A stretch of 64,000 nucleotides of DNA from an uncultured Candidatus Moduliflexus sp. (GCA_964498135.1 CAZCGG010000001.1:3371-67370), one strand, 5' to 3'. Counted from the stretch's first letter, positions 30,991-45,631 are shown. A program made the numbers and translations. Notes: a model not told the origin generated them from the letters alone.

Positions 30991-33069
30991 CTACATTTTG
31001 CCTGCAACAACTTGTTCTTTGACATGTTGCGGCACTTCTTCGTAATGAGAAAATTCCATTGAAGATGTTGCACGGCCTTGCGTCATCGAACGTAAATCGG
31101 TTGTATAGCCAAACATCTCCGACAAAGGAACAAGCGCACGAACAACCTGAGAACCGGTGCGCGCTTCCATATCAACAATCTTCCCACGCCGAGAATTCAG
31201 ACTACCAATCACGTCTCCCAAAAATTCTTCAGGAAGCACGACCTCGACTTTAACGATTGGCTCTAACAAATTCGATCCAGCAATCCGCAACGCTTCACGA
31301 AAACCCATCGAACCTGCGATTTTAAAAGCCATTTCGGACGAATCAACGGCATGGAATGAGCCATCATATAACTCAACCGCGACATCAACCACAGGAAACC
31401 CAGCTAACTCGCCATTTTCCATACATTCCCGAATACCGTGCTCAACAGCAGGGATATATTCTTTCGGAATGACGCCGCCAACAATTGCGTTTTCAAACAC
31501 AAACCCTTCATTACGAAGCAAAGGACGCACACGAAGCCGTACATGCCCATACTGTCCACGCCCTCCGGTTTGTCGGATAAATCGGCCTTCGGCTTCCGCA
31601 GGTCTAGCAATCGTTTCTTTGTACGCCACTTGTGGCCTACCGACATTCGCGGAAACGTTAAATTCTCGAACGAGGCGGTCAACGATGATCTCTAAATGCA
31701 ATTCCCCCATGCCGGAAATCAACGTCTGTCCGGTTTCATTATTATATTTGGTTTGGAACGTTGGATCTTCATGCGCCAATCTCGCCAAACTCAAAGACAA
31801 TTTTTCCTGATCGGATTTTGTCTTAGGCTCAATCGCAACAGAAATGACTGGCTCAGGAAAGACGATTGATTCCAAAATAATCGAGGACTTCTCATCACAC
31901 AAAGTATCTCCGGTGATGGTATTTTTCAGACCGACTGCCGCGATAATATCACCCGCATACGCTGCGTCAATTTCTTCGCGTTTATTGGCATGCATTCGAA
32001 GCAGCCGCCCAATTCGCTCCCGCTTGTCTTTTGTTGAATTATAGACATACGATCCGGCGCTAATAATCCCTGAATACGTGCGAATAAAGGTCAATTGCCC
32101 AACATACGGATCATTCATGACCTTAAAAGCCAATGCCGATAAAGGTTCTTCATCGGAAGCGGTTCGAATTTCCTCGTCGTCTGTTCCCGGACATTTCCCT
32201 TTAATCGAAGGCACGTCCAATGGTGCAGGGAGATAATACACAACCGCATCTAATAATGATTGCACCCCTTTATTTTTAAACGCCGTGCCGCATAAGACTG
32301 GCACAATTTTTCCTTTGATAGTAAGCTCGCGAATTGCCTGACGAATGCTATCCTCTGGCACGTCATGCTCTTCAAGGTAACGCTCAAGGATGCGATGACT
32401 TCCATCGCCATCAATCGCTTCAAACAGCATTTCTCGATAAGTAGCGGCAAGTTCACGAGACGTTTCAGGAATATCCTCTTCATGAAAAACTGTCCCCATG
32501 GATTCCTGCTCATAGACAAGCAATTTCATGCGGACTAAGTCAATAATTCCATCAAATTCTTCGCCTTGTCCATAAGGAATCTGTACCGCCACGGCCGATG
32601 TGCCGAGCCGTTTATTCATCATCTCAAGCACACGAAAAAAATCTGCGCCGACGCGATCCATCTTATTCACGAAGGCAATCCGAGGAACGCCGTATTTATC
32701 GGCCTGCCGCCAAACAGTTTCAGATTGCGGCTCAACCCCGCCAACTCCGCAAAATACGCCGACCGCCCCATCAAGGACACGCAGCGAGCGTTCAACTTCT
32801 ACGGTAAAATCAACATGGCCGGGCGTATCAATAATATTAATCCGATGATCTAACCAGAAACATGTCGTCGCGGCAGAAGTAATCGTAATGCCGCGCTCTT
32901 GCTCCTGCACCATCCAATCCATTGTCGCCGCGCCATCATGCACTTCGCCGATTTTATAAGTTCGACCGGTATAGTAAAGAATGCGTTCCGTTGTCGTCGT
33001 TTTTCCGGCGTCAATATGGGCGATAATTCCGATATTGCGACACTTTTCTAAATCAATTTTTCGCTCCAA
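30991..33069 (-). CDS. fusA: elongation factor G
   Basis: 692 aa; [20 protein letters not shown]-domain, EF-G domains II-V. Confidence 0.95.
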   Translation of the reverse strand: MERKIDLEKCRNIGIIAHIDAGKTTTTERILYYTGRTYKIGEVHDGAATMDWMVQEQERGITITSAATTCFWLDHRINIIDTPGHVDFTVEVERSLRVLDGAVGVFCGVGGVEPQSETVWRQADKYGVPRIAFVNKMDRVGADFFRVLEMMNKRLGTSAVAVQIPYGQGEEFDGIIDLVRMKLLVYEQESMGTVFHEEDIPETSRELAATYREMLFEAIDGDGSHRILERYLEEHDVPEDSIRQAIRELTIKGKIVPVLCGTAFKNKGVQSLLDAVVYYLPAPLDVPSIKGKCPGTDDEEIRTASDEEPLSALAFKVMNDPYVGQLTFIRTYSGIISAGSYVYNSTKDKRERIGRLLRMHANKREEIDAAYAGDIIAAVGLKNTITGDTLCDEKSSIILESIVFPEPVISVAIEPKTKSDQEKLSLSLARLAHEDPTFQTKYNNETGQTLISGMGELHLEIIVDRLVREFNVSANVGRPQVAYKETIARPAEAEGRFIRQTGGRGQYGHVRLRVRPLLRNEGFVFENAIVGGVIPKEYIPAVEHGIRECMENGELAGFPVVDVAVELYDGSFHAVDSSEMAFKIAGSMGFREALRIAGSNLLEPIVKVEVVLPEEFLGDVIGSLNSRRGKIVDMEARTGSQVVRALVPLSEMFGYTTDLRSMTQGRATSSMEFSHYEEVPQHVKEQVVAGKM

Positions 33070-33136
33070 TGTCCTGCTGAGTAAAAAGATAATGAAAGAG
33101 ACGCTTCGTCATTAACTCTTGCTCATTCTTAAAAGT

Positions 33137-33610
33137 TTACCACCGATAATGGGCAAAGGCTTTATTTGCTTCCGCCATTTTATGAGTATCTTCGCGTTTC
33201 TTAATGGCAGTTCCCCGGCTATTTGCGGCATCAAGCAATTCAGAAGCCAAGCGTTCCTGCATTGTTTTTTCCGAGCGCCCACGCGATGCGTCAATAATCC
33301 AACGCATGCTCAATGTCGTGCGCCGCGCAGGCCGCACTTCCACCGGCACTTGATATGTCGAACCGCCAACGCGCCGAGAACGAATTTCTAAAATCGGCTT
33401 CGTATTCGACACCGCTTTATTAAACACCGCCAATACATCACGATTGCCCGTGCGATCACGAATCTGATCTAATGCGCCATAAAAAATTTGTTCAGCAATG
33501 CTCTTTTTGCCATCATACATCAACATATTGACAAACTTCGTCACCAAAGCACTGTTAAATTTCGGATCTGGCAACACCACTCGTTTTGAGACTAATTTCC
33601 GACGTGACAT
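33137..33610 (-). CDS. rpsG: 30S ribosomal protein S7
   Basis: [40 protein letters not shown]... Confidence 0.95.
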   Translation of the reverse strand: MSRRKLVSKRVVLPDPKFNSALVTKFVNMLMYDGKKSIAEQIFYGALDQIRDRTGNRDVLAVFNKAVSNTKPILEIRSRRVGGSTYQVPVEVRPARRTTLSMRWIIDASRGRSEKTMQERLASELLDAANSRGTAIKKREDTHKMAEANKAFAHYRW

Positions 33611-33728
33611 AGTAAATTTCCTTGAACCTCAAGCGTCTCGCCTGTTCGTTAAAAGAAAAAATTTCTTTACAACACGCCAAACGTGACGATTGCGGCACAG
33701 CTACATTTGCGATAACGTGTCAACGCTG

Positions 33729-34118
33729 CTATTTCTTTTTCGCGTCTTTTTTCGCCCTCTTCGCCCCATATTTCGAGCGACTCTGCATTCTATTCTGCAC
33801 GCCTGCGCTATCCAATGCGCCACGAACAATATGATAACGAACACCGGGTAAATCTTTCACGCGGCCGCCACGAACCAACACTAACGAGTGTTCCTGCAAA
33901 TTATGGCCGACCCCCGGAATATACGTCGTCACTTCAACCCCGTTCGTCAAACGCACGCGAGCGACTTTTCGAAGCGCAGAGTTCGGTTTTTTCGGCGTTG
34001 ACGTGTACACGCGGACGCATACCCCTCGCTTTTGCGGACATGAGCGCAATGCCGGACTATCTGATTTAGAAGCAACTTTCTGACGACCATTTCTGATCAA
34101 TTGATGAATTGTTGGCAT
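33729..34118 (-). CDS. rpsL: 30S ribosomal protein S12
   Basis: [15 protein letters not shown]...[19 protein letters not shown]... Confidence 0.95.
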   Translation of the reverse strand: MPTIHQLIRNGRQKVASKSDSPALRSCPQKRGVCVRVYTSTPKKPNSALRKVARVRLTNGVEVTTYIPGVGHNLQEHSLVLVRGGRVKDLPGVRYHIVRGALDSAGVQNRMQSRSKYGAKRAKKDAKKK

Positions 34119-34366
34119 ACATCACATCTCCTAACTCATTGTTTTTATTATATTTAATTCCTTTGTTGCAAAAATAGGCAAACCGTAACAACCTCCACTT
34201 GCCTTGTCAAGCTATTTTCGATGCTAAAACGTCTTTCTTTAAAAGAGAAACCTTTTCTATCAACCATGATTGCTGCGTAATCTTCGTCTTGCCTGCTAAA
34301 AAGATGAATTTGCCCGACATGAGTGATGTCGGGCAAATGTAATCGAACGCCAGTTCCCGCCGCCGT

Positions 34367-37300
34367 CTATTCTGCAAACGCTTCTGACGGGGAGAGCTGC
34401 AATGCTTTTCGGCGATATTCCACGGCTCCCGTCCCCGCCGGAATCAGCCGTCCAACAATCACGTTCTCCTTTAAGCCGCGCAAATCATCCTTTCTGCCGG
34501 AGATGGCCGATTCTGTCAGCACTCTCGTCGTTTCTTGGAAGGATGCCGCCGACAGGAAACTGTCTGTACTTAAAGAGGCGACGGTAATTCCAAGCAAGAG
34601 CGGTCTTCCGCTCGCTGGTTTGCCGCCTTCAGCAATGATGCGTTCGTTTTCTTCATCAAATTCGAACCGGTCAACATACTCATCAAGCAAGAATAATGTA
34701 TCGCCGGGATCAGAGATTTTCACGCGGCGCAGCATTTGCCGCACAATCACTTCAATATGCTTATCGTTGATGCTGACGCCCTGCAAACGATACACTTGCT
34801 GCACTTCATCTACAAGATATTTCTGCACTTCTTTCGCGCCGAGAACTTGCAGAATATCATGCGGATCAGACGGGCCATCCATCAACGCTTCGCCTGCGCT
34901 TACTCGGTCTCCCTCTCGCACATTGATATGCGTTCCGCGAGGAAGTGAATATTCACGTTCATCGCCGCTCTCGTTTTTCACGAGGATTTTCCGCATGCCG
35001 CGAGAAATTTCGCCGAAATGCACCACGCCGTCAATTTCGCTGATCGTTGCCGGTTCTTTCGGCTTGCGGGCTTCAAACAACTCCACAACGCGCGGCAGAC
35101 CGCCGGTAATGTCTTTCGTCTTGGTCGTATCACGCGGAATTTTCGCAATAATATCGCCCGCGAAAACAATATCGCCATCATTCACCTGCAAATGCGCTCC
35201 AGTCGGGAACATCTTCTGATCAATCGTTTTATTCCCTTCTTTATCTTTCAGCAAGACGCGCGGCTGATATTGCTCATCGGCGCTGTCAATAATCACTTTG
35301 GTCGTTAAACCGGTCACTTCGTCCACTTCTTCACGCATCGTAATGCCTTCAACCACATCGCGTAACGCAATCATGGACTCGCCGGAAATTTCAACAATCA
35401 TTGGAGTCGTAAACGGGTCCCAACGGGCAATTTCTTGCCCTTCCTCAACAACCGCGCCCTCACTTACGAGAAGCGTCGCGCCATACACCAACGGCGGATA
35501 ATGGTCTTCAACCACTTTCCCCTTATCTTGAAGCGAAATGCCGATAAATCCGCCTTTTGATTTCACTGAAAGCGTATTATTCCGGTTGGCGACATATTCA
35601 ATATTATGGAAACGCACTGTTCCGCCGCGTCTCGCCACAAGGGTAGATTGTTCCGTCACGCTCGCCGTGCCGCCGATATGGAACGTCCGCATGGTCAGCT
35701 GCGTCCCGGGCTCGCCGATGGACTGCGCCGCGATAATGCCGACCGCTTCGCCCATATTGACGAGTCGCCGCGTCGAAAGGTTACTGCCGTAGCAGAGCGC
35801 GCATGCGCCGCGTTTCGATTGGCAGGTCAACACGGAACGAATCTTTACTTTATCCAACCCCGCGTTCTCAATGCTTTCCGCTAATTCCTCATCAATCAGT
35901 TCGTTCGCGTTGACAATAATTTCGTCCGTTGCAGGATGTCGAATATCTTCCAAGGCCACGCGCCCAAGCACGCGGTCGCGCAACGATTCAATGACCTCGC
36001 CGCCTTCGACAATCGGCGTGACGTAAATGCCGTCAATCGCGTGACAATCATGCTCCATAATCATCACGTCCTGCGACACGTCAACCAAACGGCGCGTCAA
36101 ATAGCCGGAATCCGCCGTTTTCAATGCCGTATCCGCCAAGCCTTTCCGCGCGCCGTGCGTTGAAATGAAGTATTGCAACACGCTCAAACCTTCGCGGAAA
36201 TTCGCCGTAATCGGCGTTTCGATAATTTCACCGGATGGCTTTGCCATCAAGCCACGCATTCCGGCAAGCTGACGAATCTGCTGACGACTTCCGCGCGCGC
36301 CCGAATCCGCCATCATAAAAATCGGGTTAAACCGCGCATTTTTTCTAATGACATCGTCGCGTGAATAATCTTGCAGCCCGCGCTTTCCGGCCAAACTCGC
36401 TTGAGCCGATTCCGATGTTTCCAAATCGTCGAACATGGCTTGCGCGACTTCTTCCGTCACTTTCGACCAAATATCAATAACTTTATTTTTCCGTTCGCCG
36501 TTGGTGATGACGCCGTTATTATACTGATCGTCAACTTCGCCGACCTCTTGCTGCGCTTCCTGAATCAATTCAGCTTTTCTGCCCGGCACTTGCATATCGT
36601 CAATGCCGATAGACAAGCCGGAAATCGTCGAGAACTTAAAACCGAGGTCTTTCAGTTTATCCAAAACATCTACGGCAATCTCATTCCCATAGTGCAGATG
36701 AATATTGGTAATCATTTTGCCCAGCGTTTTTTTATCCATCTGCTTATTGACAAACGCATATCCTTTCGGCAAAATTTGATTGAAAATTACGCGCCCAACG
36801 GTCGTATCGAGCATTTTCATTTTGCCGTCAGAAAGACTCCGCACCCGAATTGCTTCGAGCAGACCGACGCGCCGGTCATTGTACGCGCGAATCACTTCCT
36901 CGACCGAGGAGAATGTTTTGCGCTGCGCAGCTCTGCGGCAATCAAGCAGCGTTTGGAGCTGGAAGCCGTTAATGTCTTTCAGAACCGCGCCAGATGGAAG
37001 ATTGGGATGCTTCTCATATCCATCCCCTTCCTTAAAACCTCGCAACACAACGCGGCCGTGAAGCATTGCCAAACGAGCGCCACTCAAAGGAGATACGAGT
37101 CCATCGGCCTCATCCTGCAACTCGCCTAACGCGATCACCGCCGTTTGCGTGTCCGACGATTCCGGCGATGCCGCGTAACGGACAATATCTCGATGAGGAA
37201 TTTCTTTCGTGATGTAATAAATGCCAAGCACCATGTCCTGCGATGGCAAGGCTAACGGGCCTCCATGCGCAGGCGAAAGCAGGTTGCTCGTCGTCATCAT

Positions 37301-38755
37301 CAGGATTTTCGCTTCCACTTGCGCTTCAATCGAAAGCGGCACGTGTACCGCCATTTGATCGCCATCAAAATCGGCGTTAAACGCGGAGCAGACCAACGGA
37401 TGAATGCGGATCGCTTTGCCATTCACCAACACTGGCTCAAACGCCTGAATGCCAGCGCGATGCAGCGTCGGCGCACGGTTGAGCAGCACGGGATGATCTT
37501 TCACGACTTCTTCCAGCACTTCCCAGACTTCAGACGTTTCGCGCTCCACCATTTTCTGCGCGTTTTTAATGGTGGTCGCAAATCCTTTTTCTTGAAGCTT
37601 ATGAAACACGAACGGCTTGAACAATTCCAACGCCATTTTTTCCGGCAGGCCGCATTGATGCAGTTTCAACTCAGGGCCAACCACGATGACCGACCGTCCC
37701 GAATAATCCACGCGCTTGCCAAGCAAATTTTGGCGGAAACGCCCCTGTTTGCCTTTGAGCATGTCGCTCAACGATTTCAACGGGCGATTCTTCGAGCCGC
37801 GCAACACGCGCCCACGTCGGCCATTGTCAAACAGCGCGTCCACCGATTCCTGCAACATGCGCTTTTCGTTGCGGATAATCACTTCTGGCGCTTTCAATTC
37901 TTGCAGGCGGTGCAAACGATTATTCCGGTTAATCACGCGGCGATACAGATCATTTAAATCCGACGTGGCAAACCGCCCGCCGTCAAGCGGAACTAATGGC
38001 CGCAATTCCGGCGGAATAATTGGAATGACCTCAAAAATCATGTGTTCCGGTTTGCAGCCTGATTGACGGAACGCCTCAACCACCTTCAACCGTTTGGTCA
38101 GCTTTTTCTTTTTCTGAAGCGACGTTTCGAGCTTCATCTGCTCACGAAGTTCATTGGACATCTTTTCGACTTCAATCTTCTTGAGCAGTTCCCGAATCGC
38201 TTCCGCGCCGATGCCGACTTTGAATCGTCCGGCATAATCAGGTTCTTCTGACAGTAGGCGATACTGATCTTCGGTCAGCAGTTGTTTTTCATCCAAATTC
38301 GTGCTGCCCGGATCAACAACGACATAATTTTCGAAATATAAAATTGTTTCGAGTTTTTTGACCGGCATGTCGAGCAATTGACCGATCCGGCTTGGCAAGC
38401 CTTTGAAAAACCAGATATGGGAAACCGGACAGGCAAGTTCAATATGCCCCATGCGTTCTCGTCTGACTTTGGCCTGCGTGACTTCGACGCCGCACTTCTC
38501 GCACACCACGCCCCGATGACGAATGCGTTTATATTTGCCGCATAAGCATTCCCAGTCTTTGACCGGGCCGAAAATTTTTGCGCAAAACAGGCCGTCACGT
38601 TCAGGTTTAAACGTCCGATAGTTAATGGTTTCGGATTTTTTGACTTCGCCATACGACCATTCACGAATCTTTTCCGGCGCAGCAATCGAAATCCGAATCG
38701 CATCAAAATCCGTCTCGTTCGATGAACGTTTAAACAATTCTAAAAAATCTTGCAT
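34367..38755 (-). CDS. rpoC: DNA-directed RNA polymerase beta' subunit
   Basis: about 1462 aa from [10 protein letters not shown]...; [14 protein letters not shown] catalytic motif; ORF track start 38812 is an upstream in-frame extension. Confidence 0.95.
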   Translation of the reverse strand: MQDFLELFKRSSNETDFDAIRISIAAPEKIREWSYGEVKKSETINYRTFKPERDGLFCAKIFGPVKDWECLCGKYKRIRHRGVVCEKCGVEVTQAKVRRERMGHIELACPVSHIWFFKGLPSRIGQLLDMPVKKLETILYFENYVVVDPGSTNLDEKQLLTEDQYRLLSEEPDYAGRFKVGIGAEAIRELLKKIEVEKMSNELREQMKLETSLQKKKKLTKRLKVVEAFRQSGCKPEHMIFEVIPIIPPELRPLVPLDGGRFATSDLNDLYRRVINRNNRLHRLQELKAPEVIIRNEKRMLQESVDALFDNGRRGRVLRGSKNRPLKSLSDMLKGKQGRFRQNLLGKRVDYSGRSVIVVGPELKLHQCGLPEKMALELFKPFVFHKLQEKGFATTIKNAQKMVERETSEVWEVLEEVVKDHPVLLNRAPTLHRAGIQAFEPVLVNGKAIRIHPLVCSAFNADFDGDQMAVHVPLSIEAQVEAKILMMTTSNLLSPAHGGPLALPSQDMVLGIYYITKEIPHRDIVRYAASPESSDTQTAVIALGELQDEADGLVSPLSGARLAMLHGRVVLRGFKEGDGYEKHPNLPSGAVLKDINGFQLQTLLDCRRAAQRKTFSSVEEVIRAYNDRRVGLLEAIRVRSLSDGKMKMLDTTVGRVIFNQILPKGYAFVNKQMDKKTLGKMITNIHLHYGNEIAVDVLDKLKDLGFKFSTISGLSIGIDDMQVPGRKAELIQEAQQEVGEVDDQYNNGVITNGERKNKVIDIWSKVTEEVAQAMFDDLETSESAQASLAGKRGLQDYSRDDVIRKNARFNPIFMMADSGARGSRQQIRQLAGMRGLMAKPSGEIIETPITANFREGLSVLQYFISTHGARKGLADTALKTADSGYLTRRLVDVSQDVMIMEHDCHAIDGIYVTPIVEGGEVIESLRDRVLGRVALEDIRHPATDEIIVNANELIDEELAESIENAGLDKVKIRSVLTCQSKRGACALCYGSNLSTRRLVNMGEAVGIIAAQSIGEPGTQLTMRTFHIGGTASVTEQSTLVARRGGTVRFHNIEYVANRNNTLSVKSKGGFIGISLQDKGKVVEDHYPPLVYGATLLVSEGAVVEEGQEIARWDPFTTPMIVEISGESMIALRDVVEGITMREEVDEVTGLTTKVIIDSADEQYQPRVLLKDKEGNKTIDQKMFPTGAHLQVNDGDIVFAGDIIAKIPRDTTKTKDITGGLPRVVELFEARKPKEPATISEIDGVVHFGEISRGMRKILVKNESGDEREYSLPRGTHINVREGDRVSAGEALMDGPSDPHDILQVLGAKEVQKYLVDEVQQVYRLQGVSINDKHIEVIVRQMLRRVKISDPGDTLFLLDEYVDRFEFDEENERIIAEGGKPASGRPLLLGITVASLSTDSFLSAASFQETTRVLTESAISGRKDDLRGLKENVIVGRLIPAGTGAVEYRRKALQLSPSEAFAE

Positions 38756-38857
38756 AGCGACACAAGCAAGGCAGAGTGCAACGCGAACGACCGTGCTGCG
38801 CGCCCCGATCATGCAATCATCGAAGGCGCGGCGCGTCGAACACCAAGCACGATCCCC

Positions 38858-41800
38858 TTACTGCTTCATCAGTTCCATATCCAAACCAAGGCTTTGCAAT
38901 TCCTTGACTAATACGTTGAATGATTCGGGAACTCCGGGTTCAAGCGTATGCTGGCCTTTCACGATGGATTCATAAATTTTGGTGCGCCCGACCACGTCAT
39001 CCGACTTCACGGTCAACAATTCTTGCAAATTGTAGGCTGCGCCATACGCTTCCAATGCCCATACTTCCATTTCGCCGAAACGCTGCCCGCCGAATTGCGC
39101 CTTTCCGCCAAGCGGCTGCTGCGTTACCAAGGAATAAGGGCCGATGGAGCGCGCATGCATCTTGTCATCAACCAAGTGGGACAATTTCACCATGTAGATA
39201 TAGCCCACCGTCGTTTCCTGCTCGAACGGCTCGCCGGTTTTGCCATCATACAGCCGAGTTTTCCCAGACGGATTCAATCCGGCCGTCCGCAATTTTTGCT
39301 TAACGGCCTCTTCTGATGCGCCGTCAAACACTGGCGTCGCAAAATGCACGTCATTTTTGATGGCATGCGCCAAATATAACAGACCTTCCGCCGCTCCGCT
39401 CTCAAGATACTTCGTCACCGTCTCATCTTTGCGCATGCCGTCGTAAATATCATGCAACAATTTTCGCAGGCGTTCGGTCACGGCGTCGCGGAAGAGCTTT
39501 TCCGCGCCGGGCTGATCAACAGAGAGATTCAATTCATCGAGAATCGCGGCAAATTCCCGATCCTGCTTGCTAATCTGGCGCAATGGCGTTTCCATCCAGC
39601 GAATATGCTGGTGAAGTTTGTTCATGAAGTTCTTGCTCGCCCAGCCGAGGCAAGTTTCCAGAATCTGGCCGACATTCATGCGCGACGGGACGCCCAACGG
39701 ATTCAACACAATGTCCACCGGCGTGCCGTCTGGCATAAACGGCATATCTTCAACGGGCGCGATATTCGAAACGACGCCTTTATTGCCATGCCGTCCAGCC
39801 ATTTTGTCGCCGACCGACAAGCGCCGCTTCATAGCGATATAGACCTTGACCAATTTGACGACGCCCGGCGGCAATTCGTCGCCTGTGCGGAGTTTATTGG
39901 TCTTTTCATTCATAATCGTTTCCAGAATATGAATTTGATCCATCGCGTTTTCCTGCAACGCTTCGATCTCGTCGCGGACATCCTGAATTTCCTGAATTTT
40001 GATTTTGCCGAGATCGTCCACGGAGATATCCGCCAATTTTTCCGCCGAGAGCAATTCGCCCTTTTTCAAAATCGGCTGCTGCTTCGACTGTTTCGACGGA
40101 CGAGCTTCTTCAAATTCGTCTTCATTCTCCTCCTCGTCCAAACTCTCGTCAAACTCCTCTTCGTAAGAGAGCGTCGCGGATTTTTTGGCAAAATCTTCGG
40201 GATAATAATCGCGGGCGACCGTCTTGCCTTTGAGCAGATGAATAATCTTTTTCTTCAATTCATCGCGCACGATCTGGATTTCATCTTGATAATCCCGCTC
40301 AATCTTTGCGATCTCGGCGTCTTCGATGCTTTGCGCACGTTCGTCTTTTTCCACACCTTTCCGCGAGAAGACTTTCACGTCAATGACGATACCGCTGACC
40401 CCTTGCGGCGTCCGCAGCGACGCATCTTTCACATCGCCTGCCTTCTCGCCAAAAATCGCCCGCAAAAGCTTTTCTTCCGGCGCAAGATGGGTTTCCCCTT
40501 TCGGCGAAATCTTGCCGACAAGAATGTCACCGGGAGTAACTTCCGCGCCGATGCGCACGATGCCGCTTTCATCAAGATCGCTCAAGGCGTCTTCGCCGAC
40601 GTTCGGAATGTCGCGCGTGATTTCTTCGCGCCCAAGCTTGGTGTCGCGGGCTTCGATTTCGCATTCTTCGATGTGAATCGAGGTGAACATGTCGTCTTTG
40701 ACGACATTCTCGCTCATCAAAATCGCGTCTTCAAAATTATACCCGCCCCAAGGCATGAACGCGACTAACACGTTCCGACCTAACGCGAGTTCCCCGCGTT
40801 CCGTAGAGAAGCCATCCGCAATGACTTGTCCGGCCGCCACGCGGTCGCCGATCTTCACAAGCGGACGCTGATTGACGCAGGTATTCTGGTTCGAACGCTG
40901 GAATTTCATCAATTCATACCGATCAATCAACGTGGATTCTTCATCCTCTTCTTCCTCAAACGAAGGCAGGCGGAACGCGGCGAATTGCTGGACTTTTTCA
41001 CGATCTTCCTGATTCACCTCAGCATCCACTCGAATCACAATGCTGCGCGAATCCACGCTTTCGATTTCGCCGGAACGTCTGGCAATAATGACCGTGCCGG
41101 AATCGCGGGCGGCAATCGCCTCCATGCCCGTGCCGACATAGGGGGCTTGCGGCTGAATCAACGGCACGCCTTGACGCTGCATGTTCGATCCCATGAGAGC
41201 GCGGTTCGCGTCATCATGTTCCAAGAACGGAACCAACGAAGCGGAGACGCTGACTAATTGCTTCGGCGACACGTCCATGTAATGCACCTGCTCCGGTGTG
41301 ACCATCACGAAATCGCCGCCCCACCGCGCCGAAATACGGTCGTTCAGGAACCGCCCGGTTTCTTTGTCAATCGGGGCATTGGCTTGCGCAATGATATATT
41401 GCTCGTCTTTGAACGCGGAAAGATATTCGATGGTATCAGAAACGCGCCCGTTTTCGACTTTCCGGTACGGCGTTTCGATGAAACCGTATTCGTTAATGCG
41501 CCCGTATGTGCTGAGCGACGCGATCAAACCGATATTCGGGCCTTCCGGCGTTTCAATCGGACAAATCCGGCCATAGTGCGTGGCATGCACATCGCGCATT
41601 TCAAATCCGGCGCGTTCACGGCTTAATCCGCCCGGGCCAAGCGCGCTCATGCGGCGCTTATGCGTCAGTTCAGAGAGCGGATTGGTTTGATCCATGAACT
41701 GGGACAACTGACTGCTGCCGAAAAATTCTTTGACCGCGCTCATTACCGGCTTGGCGTTAATCAAATCGTGCGGCATGACAGTATCAAGTTCCTGCAAACT

Positions 41801-43441
41801 CATGCGCTCTTTGGTGGCGCGCTCAACGCGCACCAATCCCATGCGGAACTGATTTTCAAGCAATTCGCCGACCGACCGCACACGGCGGTTGCCGAGATGG
41901 TCAATGTCGTCAATTTCCCCTTCGCCCATCCGCAATTTCAGCATGTAATTCGTAATGGCGAGCAAATCCTGCACATCCAGCACACGCTGATCCACCGATT
42001 TTTCCAGCCGCAATTTCTCATTGATTTTGAGGCGCCCCACTTTAGAAAGATCGTAGCGATCTTCATGGAAAAAGAGATTGAGGAACAGCTTTTCCGCGCT
42101 TTCTTCCGTAGGCGGATCGCCAGGGCGCAAGGTGCGGTAAATTTCCAGCAACGCGTCAAGCATGGTGCGCACGCCATCTTTCATAAAAGTGTTGCTCAGG
42201 GCGTCGCCGCCGACCGACTTATCAATCAGCAAGACCTCCAACGTATTGACTTTGGAATTATACAAGTCTGTCAAATTTTCTTGCGTAATCTCCTCATTGC
42301 ACTCAATCAGCACTTCCCCAGTATCAGGGTCAATCACGTCTTTCGCTGAAACCATGCCGATTAAAGCCGACGATTCAACCAACAGAGATCGAATGCCTTG
42401 CTGATGACTTAAGCGCAAAACCTTTTTGGTAATCTTTTTTCCCTCTTTGATGATGACCGTGCCATCAGACGCAATTACATCCTTTTTCGCAACGTAACTG
42501 CGGAGAAATTCGCTGAGCGCGTCAGCACTGGAAACGCTCAAATCCACATTCAACTGGACAGAACAGGTCTCACGTGATATCCGGTCAACATCATCGAACG
42601 TGAACGTCACGGTATCATAAAAACTGCGCAGAATGCTTTCCGTCGAAGAAAGATCGGGCAAGGACTTTGCGACATTTCCTTGTTCTTCGGCCTCTCGCCG
42701 CGCTTCATTCACAGCGCATTGCAACGCGCGCAAGAACAAACTCACCAGTAATTTCCGCTTTTTATCAATCCGCACATAGAGATAATCACGATAATCAAAT
42801 TCGAATTCGAGCCACGAACCACGATAGGGAATCACACGGCTGCTATACAGAATTTTGCCACTGAAATGCCCTTTCCCTTTATCGTGATCGAAGAAGACAC
42901 CGGGCGACCGATGCATTTGACTCACAACCGTTCGTTCCGTGCCGTTGATGATAAACGTCCCTTTCGTCGTCATCATCGGGATTTCGCCGAAATAAATATC
43001 TTGCTCTTTAATATCGCGGATTGATTTACTGTTGGTGTCAATATCAATATCCCACGTCACGAGGCGCACCGTCACTTTCAACGGAATCGAATACGTCATT
43101 CCCCGTTCCCGGCACTCCGTCGCGCTATATTTCGGTTTGCCGAAGCTATAGCTGACAAACTCTAACAAGGCGATATCATTGTAATCGGAAATCGGGAAGA
43201 CCGAGTTGAAAATTTCTTGCAGCCCGATATTTTCCCGTTCATCAGGGGGGACGTTCAATTGCAGGAAGCGCTCATAGGAGCGTTGCTGCACTTCGATGAG
43301 GTTGGGAATATCCAGAATCACTGGAATCTTCCCGAAATCTAAGCGTTTTCGGACGGTGGAAACCATTCCTTCGCCAGCCAAACGCCCTCGTTCTTGTTGC
43401 GTACGAGTTCCTTCGCCGTTATCTATCGCGGTATATTCCAT
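38858..43441 (-). CDS. rpoB: DNA-directed RNA polymerase beta subunit (long form with insertions)
   Basis: 1527 aa (or ~1502 if start is Met at 43366); conserved beta regions incl. ...[10 protein letters not shown]..., acidic insertion near nt 40080-40200. Confidence 0.95.
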   Translation of the reverse strand: MEYTAIDNGEGTRTQQERGRLAGEGMVSTVRKRLDFGKIPVILDIPNLIEVQQRSYERFLQLNVPPDERENIGLQEIFNSVFPISDYNDIALLEFVSYSFGKPKYSATECRERGMTYSIPLKVTVRLVTWDIDIDTNSKSIRDIKEQDIYFGEIPMMTTKGTFIINGTERTVVSQMHRSPGVFFDHDKGKGHFSGKILYSSRVIPYRGSWLEFEFDYRDYLYVRIDKKRKLLVSLFLRALQCAVNEARREAEEQGNVAKSLPDLSSTESILRSFYDTVTFTFDDVDRISRETCSVQLNVDLSVSSADALSEFLRSYVAKKDVIASDGTVIIKEGKKITKKVLRLSHQQGIRSLLVESSALIGMVSAKDVIDPDTGEVLIECNEEITQENLTDLYNSKVNTLEVLLIDKSVGGDALSNTFMKDGVRTMLDALLEIYRTLRPGDPPTEESAEKLFLNLFFHEDRYDLSKVGRLKINEKLRLEKSVDQRVLDVQDLLAITNYMLKLRMGEGEIDDIDHLGNRRVRSVGELLENQFRMGLVRVERATKERMSLQELDTVMPHDLINAKPVMSAVKEFFGSSQLSQFMDQTNPLSELTHKRRMSALGPGGLSRERAGFEMRDVHATHYGRICPIETPEGPNIGLIASLSTYGRINEYGFIETPYRKVENGRVSDTIEYLSAFKDEQYIIAQANAPIDKETGRFLNDRISARWGGDFVMVTPEQVHYMDVSPKQLVSVSASLVPFLEHDDANRALMGSNMQRQGVPLIQPQAPYVGTGMEAIAARDSGTVIIARRSGEIESVDSRSIVIRVDAEVNQEDREKVQQFAAFRLPSFEEEEDEESTLIDRYELMKFQRSNQNTCVNQRPLVKIGDRVAAGQVIADGFSTERGELALGRNVLVAFMPWGGYNFEDAILMSENVVKDDMFTSIHIEECEIEARDTKLGREEITRDIPNVGEDALSDLDESGIVRIGAEVTPGDILVGKISPKGETHLAPEEKLLRAIFGEKAGDVKDASLRTPQGVSGIVIDVKVFSRKGVEKDERAQSIEDAEIAKIERDYQDEIQIVRDELKKKIIHLLKGKTVARDYYPEDFAKKSATLSYEEEFDESLDEEENEDEFEEARPSKQSKQQPILKKGELLSAEKLADISVDDLGKIKIQEIQDVRDEIEALQENAMDQIHILETIMNEKTNKLRTGDELPPGVVKLVKVYIAMKRRLSVGDKMAGRHGNKGVVSNIAPVEDMPFMPDGTPVDIVLNPLGVPSRMNVGQILETCLGWASKNFMNKLHQHIRWMETPLRQISKQDREFAAILDELNLSVDQPGAEKLFRDAVTERLRKLLHDIYDGMRKDETVTKYLESGAAEGLLYLAHAIKNDVHFATPVFDGASEEAVKQKLRTAGLNPSGKTRLYDGKTGEPFEQETTVGYIYMVKLSHLVDDKMHARSIGPYSLVTQQPLGGKAQFGGQRFGEMEVWALEAYGAAYNLQELLTVKSDDVVGRTKIYESIVKGQHTLEPGVPESFNVLVKELQSLGLDMELMKQ

Positions 43442-43735
43442 TGCGTCTAAATTATGTCGTCACGAAACACACAACACACGTCCCCATCAGGGACGAACAA
43501 GCTCTTTTGCTTATGCGTTTCGTGAGTTGTTCCCAACAATCAGACGGAAATTGTCATGCAAACGCTGCGTTTGCATACGCAGAAATGCCCCATCATAGGC
43601 AGCAGACACACGAGGATTGTTATCAGGCATCCAAAAATTGAACATGTAGTGGCGTGTACGCATGATGAGGTGGATGAGAGAAAAAAGAGAAACGCATGTG
43701 CAAGAAGTTTCCTTCTCATCAGCGTTTCTCGACAT

Positions 43736-43775
43736 TCTTCGCTGCGCAATTTCGCGCAGCGAAGAATCACAATGA
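43736..43775 (-). other. strong stem-loop in rplL-rpoB intergenic region (attenuator/processing-site candidate)
   Basis: CTTCGCTGCGC-AATTTC-GCGCAGCGAAG perfect 11-bp inverted repeat; no clear T-tract. Confidence 0.4.
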
Positions 43776-43792
43776 CTACGGCCGCAAGATGG

Positions 43793-44179
43793 TTACTTCA
43801 CTTCAACAACTCCACCAGCGGCTTCCACTTTAGTCTTAATATCCTGAGCTTCTTCTTTGGAAACGCTTTCCTTAATATTCGCCGGCGCGCCGTCCACAAG
43901 AGCTTTGGCTTCTTTCAGTCCCAAACCGGTGATTGTGCGGATTTCTTTAATCACCTGAATCTTATTCGCGCCCGCGCTCGCAAGAACAACCGTAAATTCA
44001 GTTTGCTCTTCCACTGCGGCAGCCTGTGCTGCTCCCGCGCCAGGCATTGCGCCCATCATTACAGGTGCGGCGGCGGTCACGCCATATTTTTCTTTTAATT
44101 TTTCGACCAGTTCATGTAACTCAATCACGCTCATGCTATCAATAAAGGACAAAACATCTTCAATCGTAATATTAGCCAT
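43793..44179 (-). CDS. rplL: 50S ribosomal protein L7/L12
   Basis: [34 protein letters not shown]...Ala-rich hinge...[12 protein letters not shown]. Confidence 0.95.
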   Translation of the reverse strand: MANITIEDVLSFIDSMSVIELHELVEKLKEKYGVTAAAPVMMGAMPGAGAAQAAAVEEQTEFTVVLASAGANKIQVIKEIRTITGLGLKEAKALVDGAPANIKESVSKEEAQDIKTKVEAAGGVVEVK

Positions 44180-44310
44180 GTGAATTTCCCTCAATAAAGT
44201 TGCGTATCGCGCGCCATGTGTTGCCCATTATTAAGGACGTTGCATCCACAACCCATCACTCGCAATCGAAACTTGCCATACAATATGCGTTACATTATTA
44301 TTATGAATGG

Positions 44311-44850
44311 TTACTGCGCTTCTGCTTTCTTATCGGCAACAGCCTGAAGTGTATAGACAAATTCGTTGATCACGCCTTGTAATGCGCCAACCAAGCCGCT
44401 AATCGGCGATTCCAAAGAAGCAACCAACTGCGCCAACAATTCTTGACGCGGCGGCAGCGTCGAAACTTTTCGAATACCTGCGGCATCTAACACAGCACCT
44501 TCAACAATGCCACCTTTGATTTTAATCCCTTTGCCGTCTTGCTGCTCGGACTCGGTTGCAAATTTCGTGACAACCTTCGCTAATCCAGCAACGTCACAGG
44601 GACAAAAAACAACCCCTGTAGGATTGACAAAAAACTTGCTCAGCCCTTCAAAAGGAGTATCCTGCACTGACCGTTTTGCCAACGTATTTTTAACAACCTG
44701 ATATTCTCCTGAGGCTTGTTGAATCTCGCGGCGGAAATTCGTCGTTTTTTCTACTGTAAACTTGTCAAAACCAACGCAAATCACCGACGAACTTTTTTGA
44801 AAACGGTCTTTTAGTTGATTGATAATTTCCAGCTTTTCGTTTTGGTTCAC
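44311..44850 (-). CDS. rplJ: 50S ribosomal protein L10
   Basis: MNQNEKLEIINQLKDRFQKSSSVICVGF... Confidence 0.9.
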   Translation of the reverse strand: MNQNEKLEIINQLKDRFQKSSSVICVGFDKFTVEKTTNFRREIQQASGEYQVVKNTLAKRSVQDTPFEGLSKFFVNPTGVVFCPCDVAGLAKVVTKFATESEQQDGKGIKIKGGIVEGAVLDAAGIRKVSTLPPRQELLAQLVASLESPISGLVGALQGVINEFVYTLQAVADKKAEAQ

Positions 44851-44929
44851 GCGACTCTGGAAGACTGGCGGTTGCTAATTGTACAACATGACAATTATCA
44901 AACGACAATCCTTCTGTTGCTCCTCATTC

Positions 44930-45631
44930 TTAGTGTAAGTTGGACATGACTTCGGCAGGATCTAATTTAATCCCAACGCCCATTGTCGAAGAAATCGTCA
45001 TCCCTTTGACATAATGTCCCTTACTTGAAGCAGGCTTCATGCGCAGAAGCATGTCAAGCAACGCCCGCGTATTTTCTGTTAACTGCTCCACGGAGAAAGA
45101 TCGTTTTCCAACGGGACAATGAATAATTCCCGCCTTCTCGACACGAAATTCCACTTGCCCAGCCTTCACATCTTTCACAGCCTGCGCGACATCCATCGTG
45201 ACCGTTCCGGTTTTTGGGTTGGGCATCAAGCCGCGCGGCCCAAGAATGCGTCCCAACTTTCCGACAAGCCCCATCATGTCGGGCGTGGCAATCGCTCGAT
45301 CAAAGTCAAACCATCCACCTTGAATTTTTTCGGCGAAATCTTCGGCCCCAACATAATCAGCCCCCGCATCACGAGCCTCTTTCTCTTTTTCCCCTTTCGC
45401 AAACACCAACACTTTCACAGATTTTCCCGTGCCGTTCGGCAATGTGACAGAACCGCGCACCATCTGATCTGCTTTACGAGGATCAACGCCTAACTTTACA
45501 GCAATATCAACGGTTTCATCAAACTTTGCGAAACTCACTTCTTTTAAAAGAGCCAACCCTTCTTCTAACGTATATTTTTTCGTCTCGTCGACCTTTTTCA
45601 TCGCGTCGAGATATTTTTTTCCTTTAGCCAT
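44930..45631 (-). CDS. rplA: 50S ribosomal protein L1
   Basis: [31 protein letters not shown]... Confidence 0.95.
   Translation of the reverse strand: MAKGKKYLDAMKKVDETKKYTLEEGLALLKEVSFAKFDETVDIAVKLGVDPRKADQMVRGSVTLPNGTGKSVKVLVFAKGEKEKEARDAGADYVGAEDFAEKIQGGWFDFDRAIATPDMMGLVGKLGRILGPRGLMPNPKTGTVTMDVAQAVKDVKAGQVEFRVEKAGIIHCPVGKRSFSVEQLTENTRALLDMLLRMKPASSKGHYVKGMTISSTMGVGIKLDPAEVMSNLH

Noticed and set aside
39452-40768. 438-aa plus-strand ORF and a series of 100-250 aa ORFs antisense to rpoB/rpoC (e.g. 36371..37129, 37265..37957, 41660..42349, 34323..35219)
   Set aside because: Opposite strand of essential, highly conserved RNAP genes; low-complexity R/F/H-rich translations; no independent signals.
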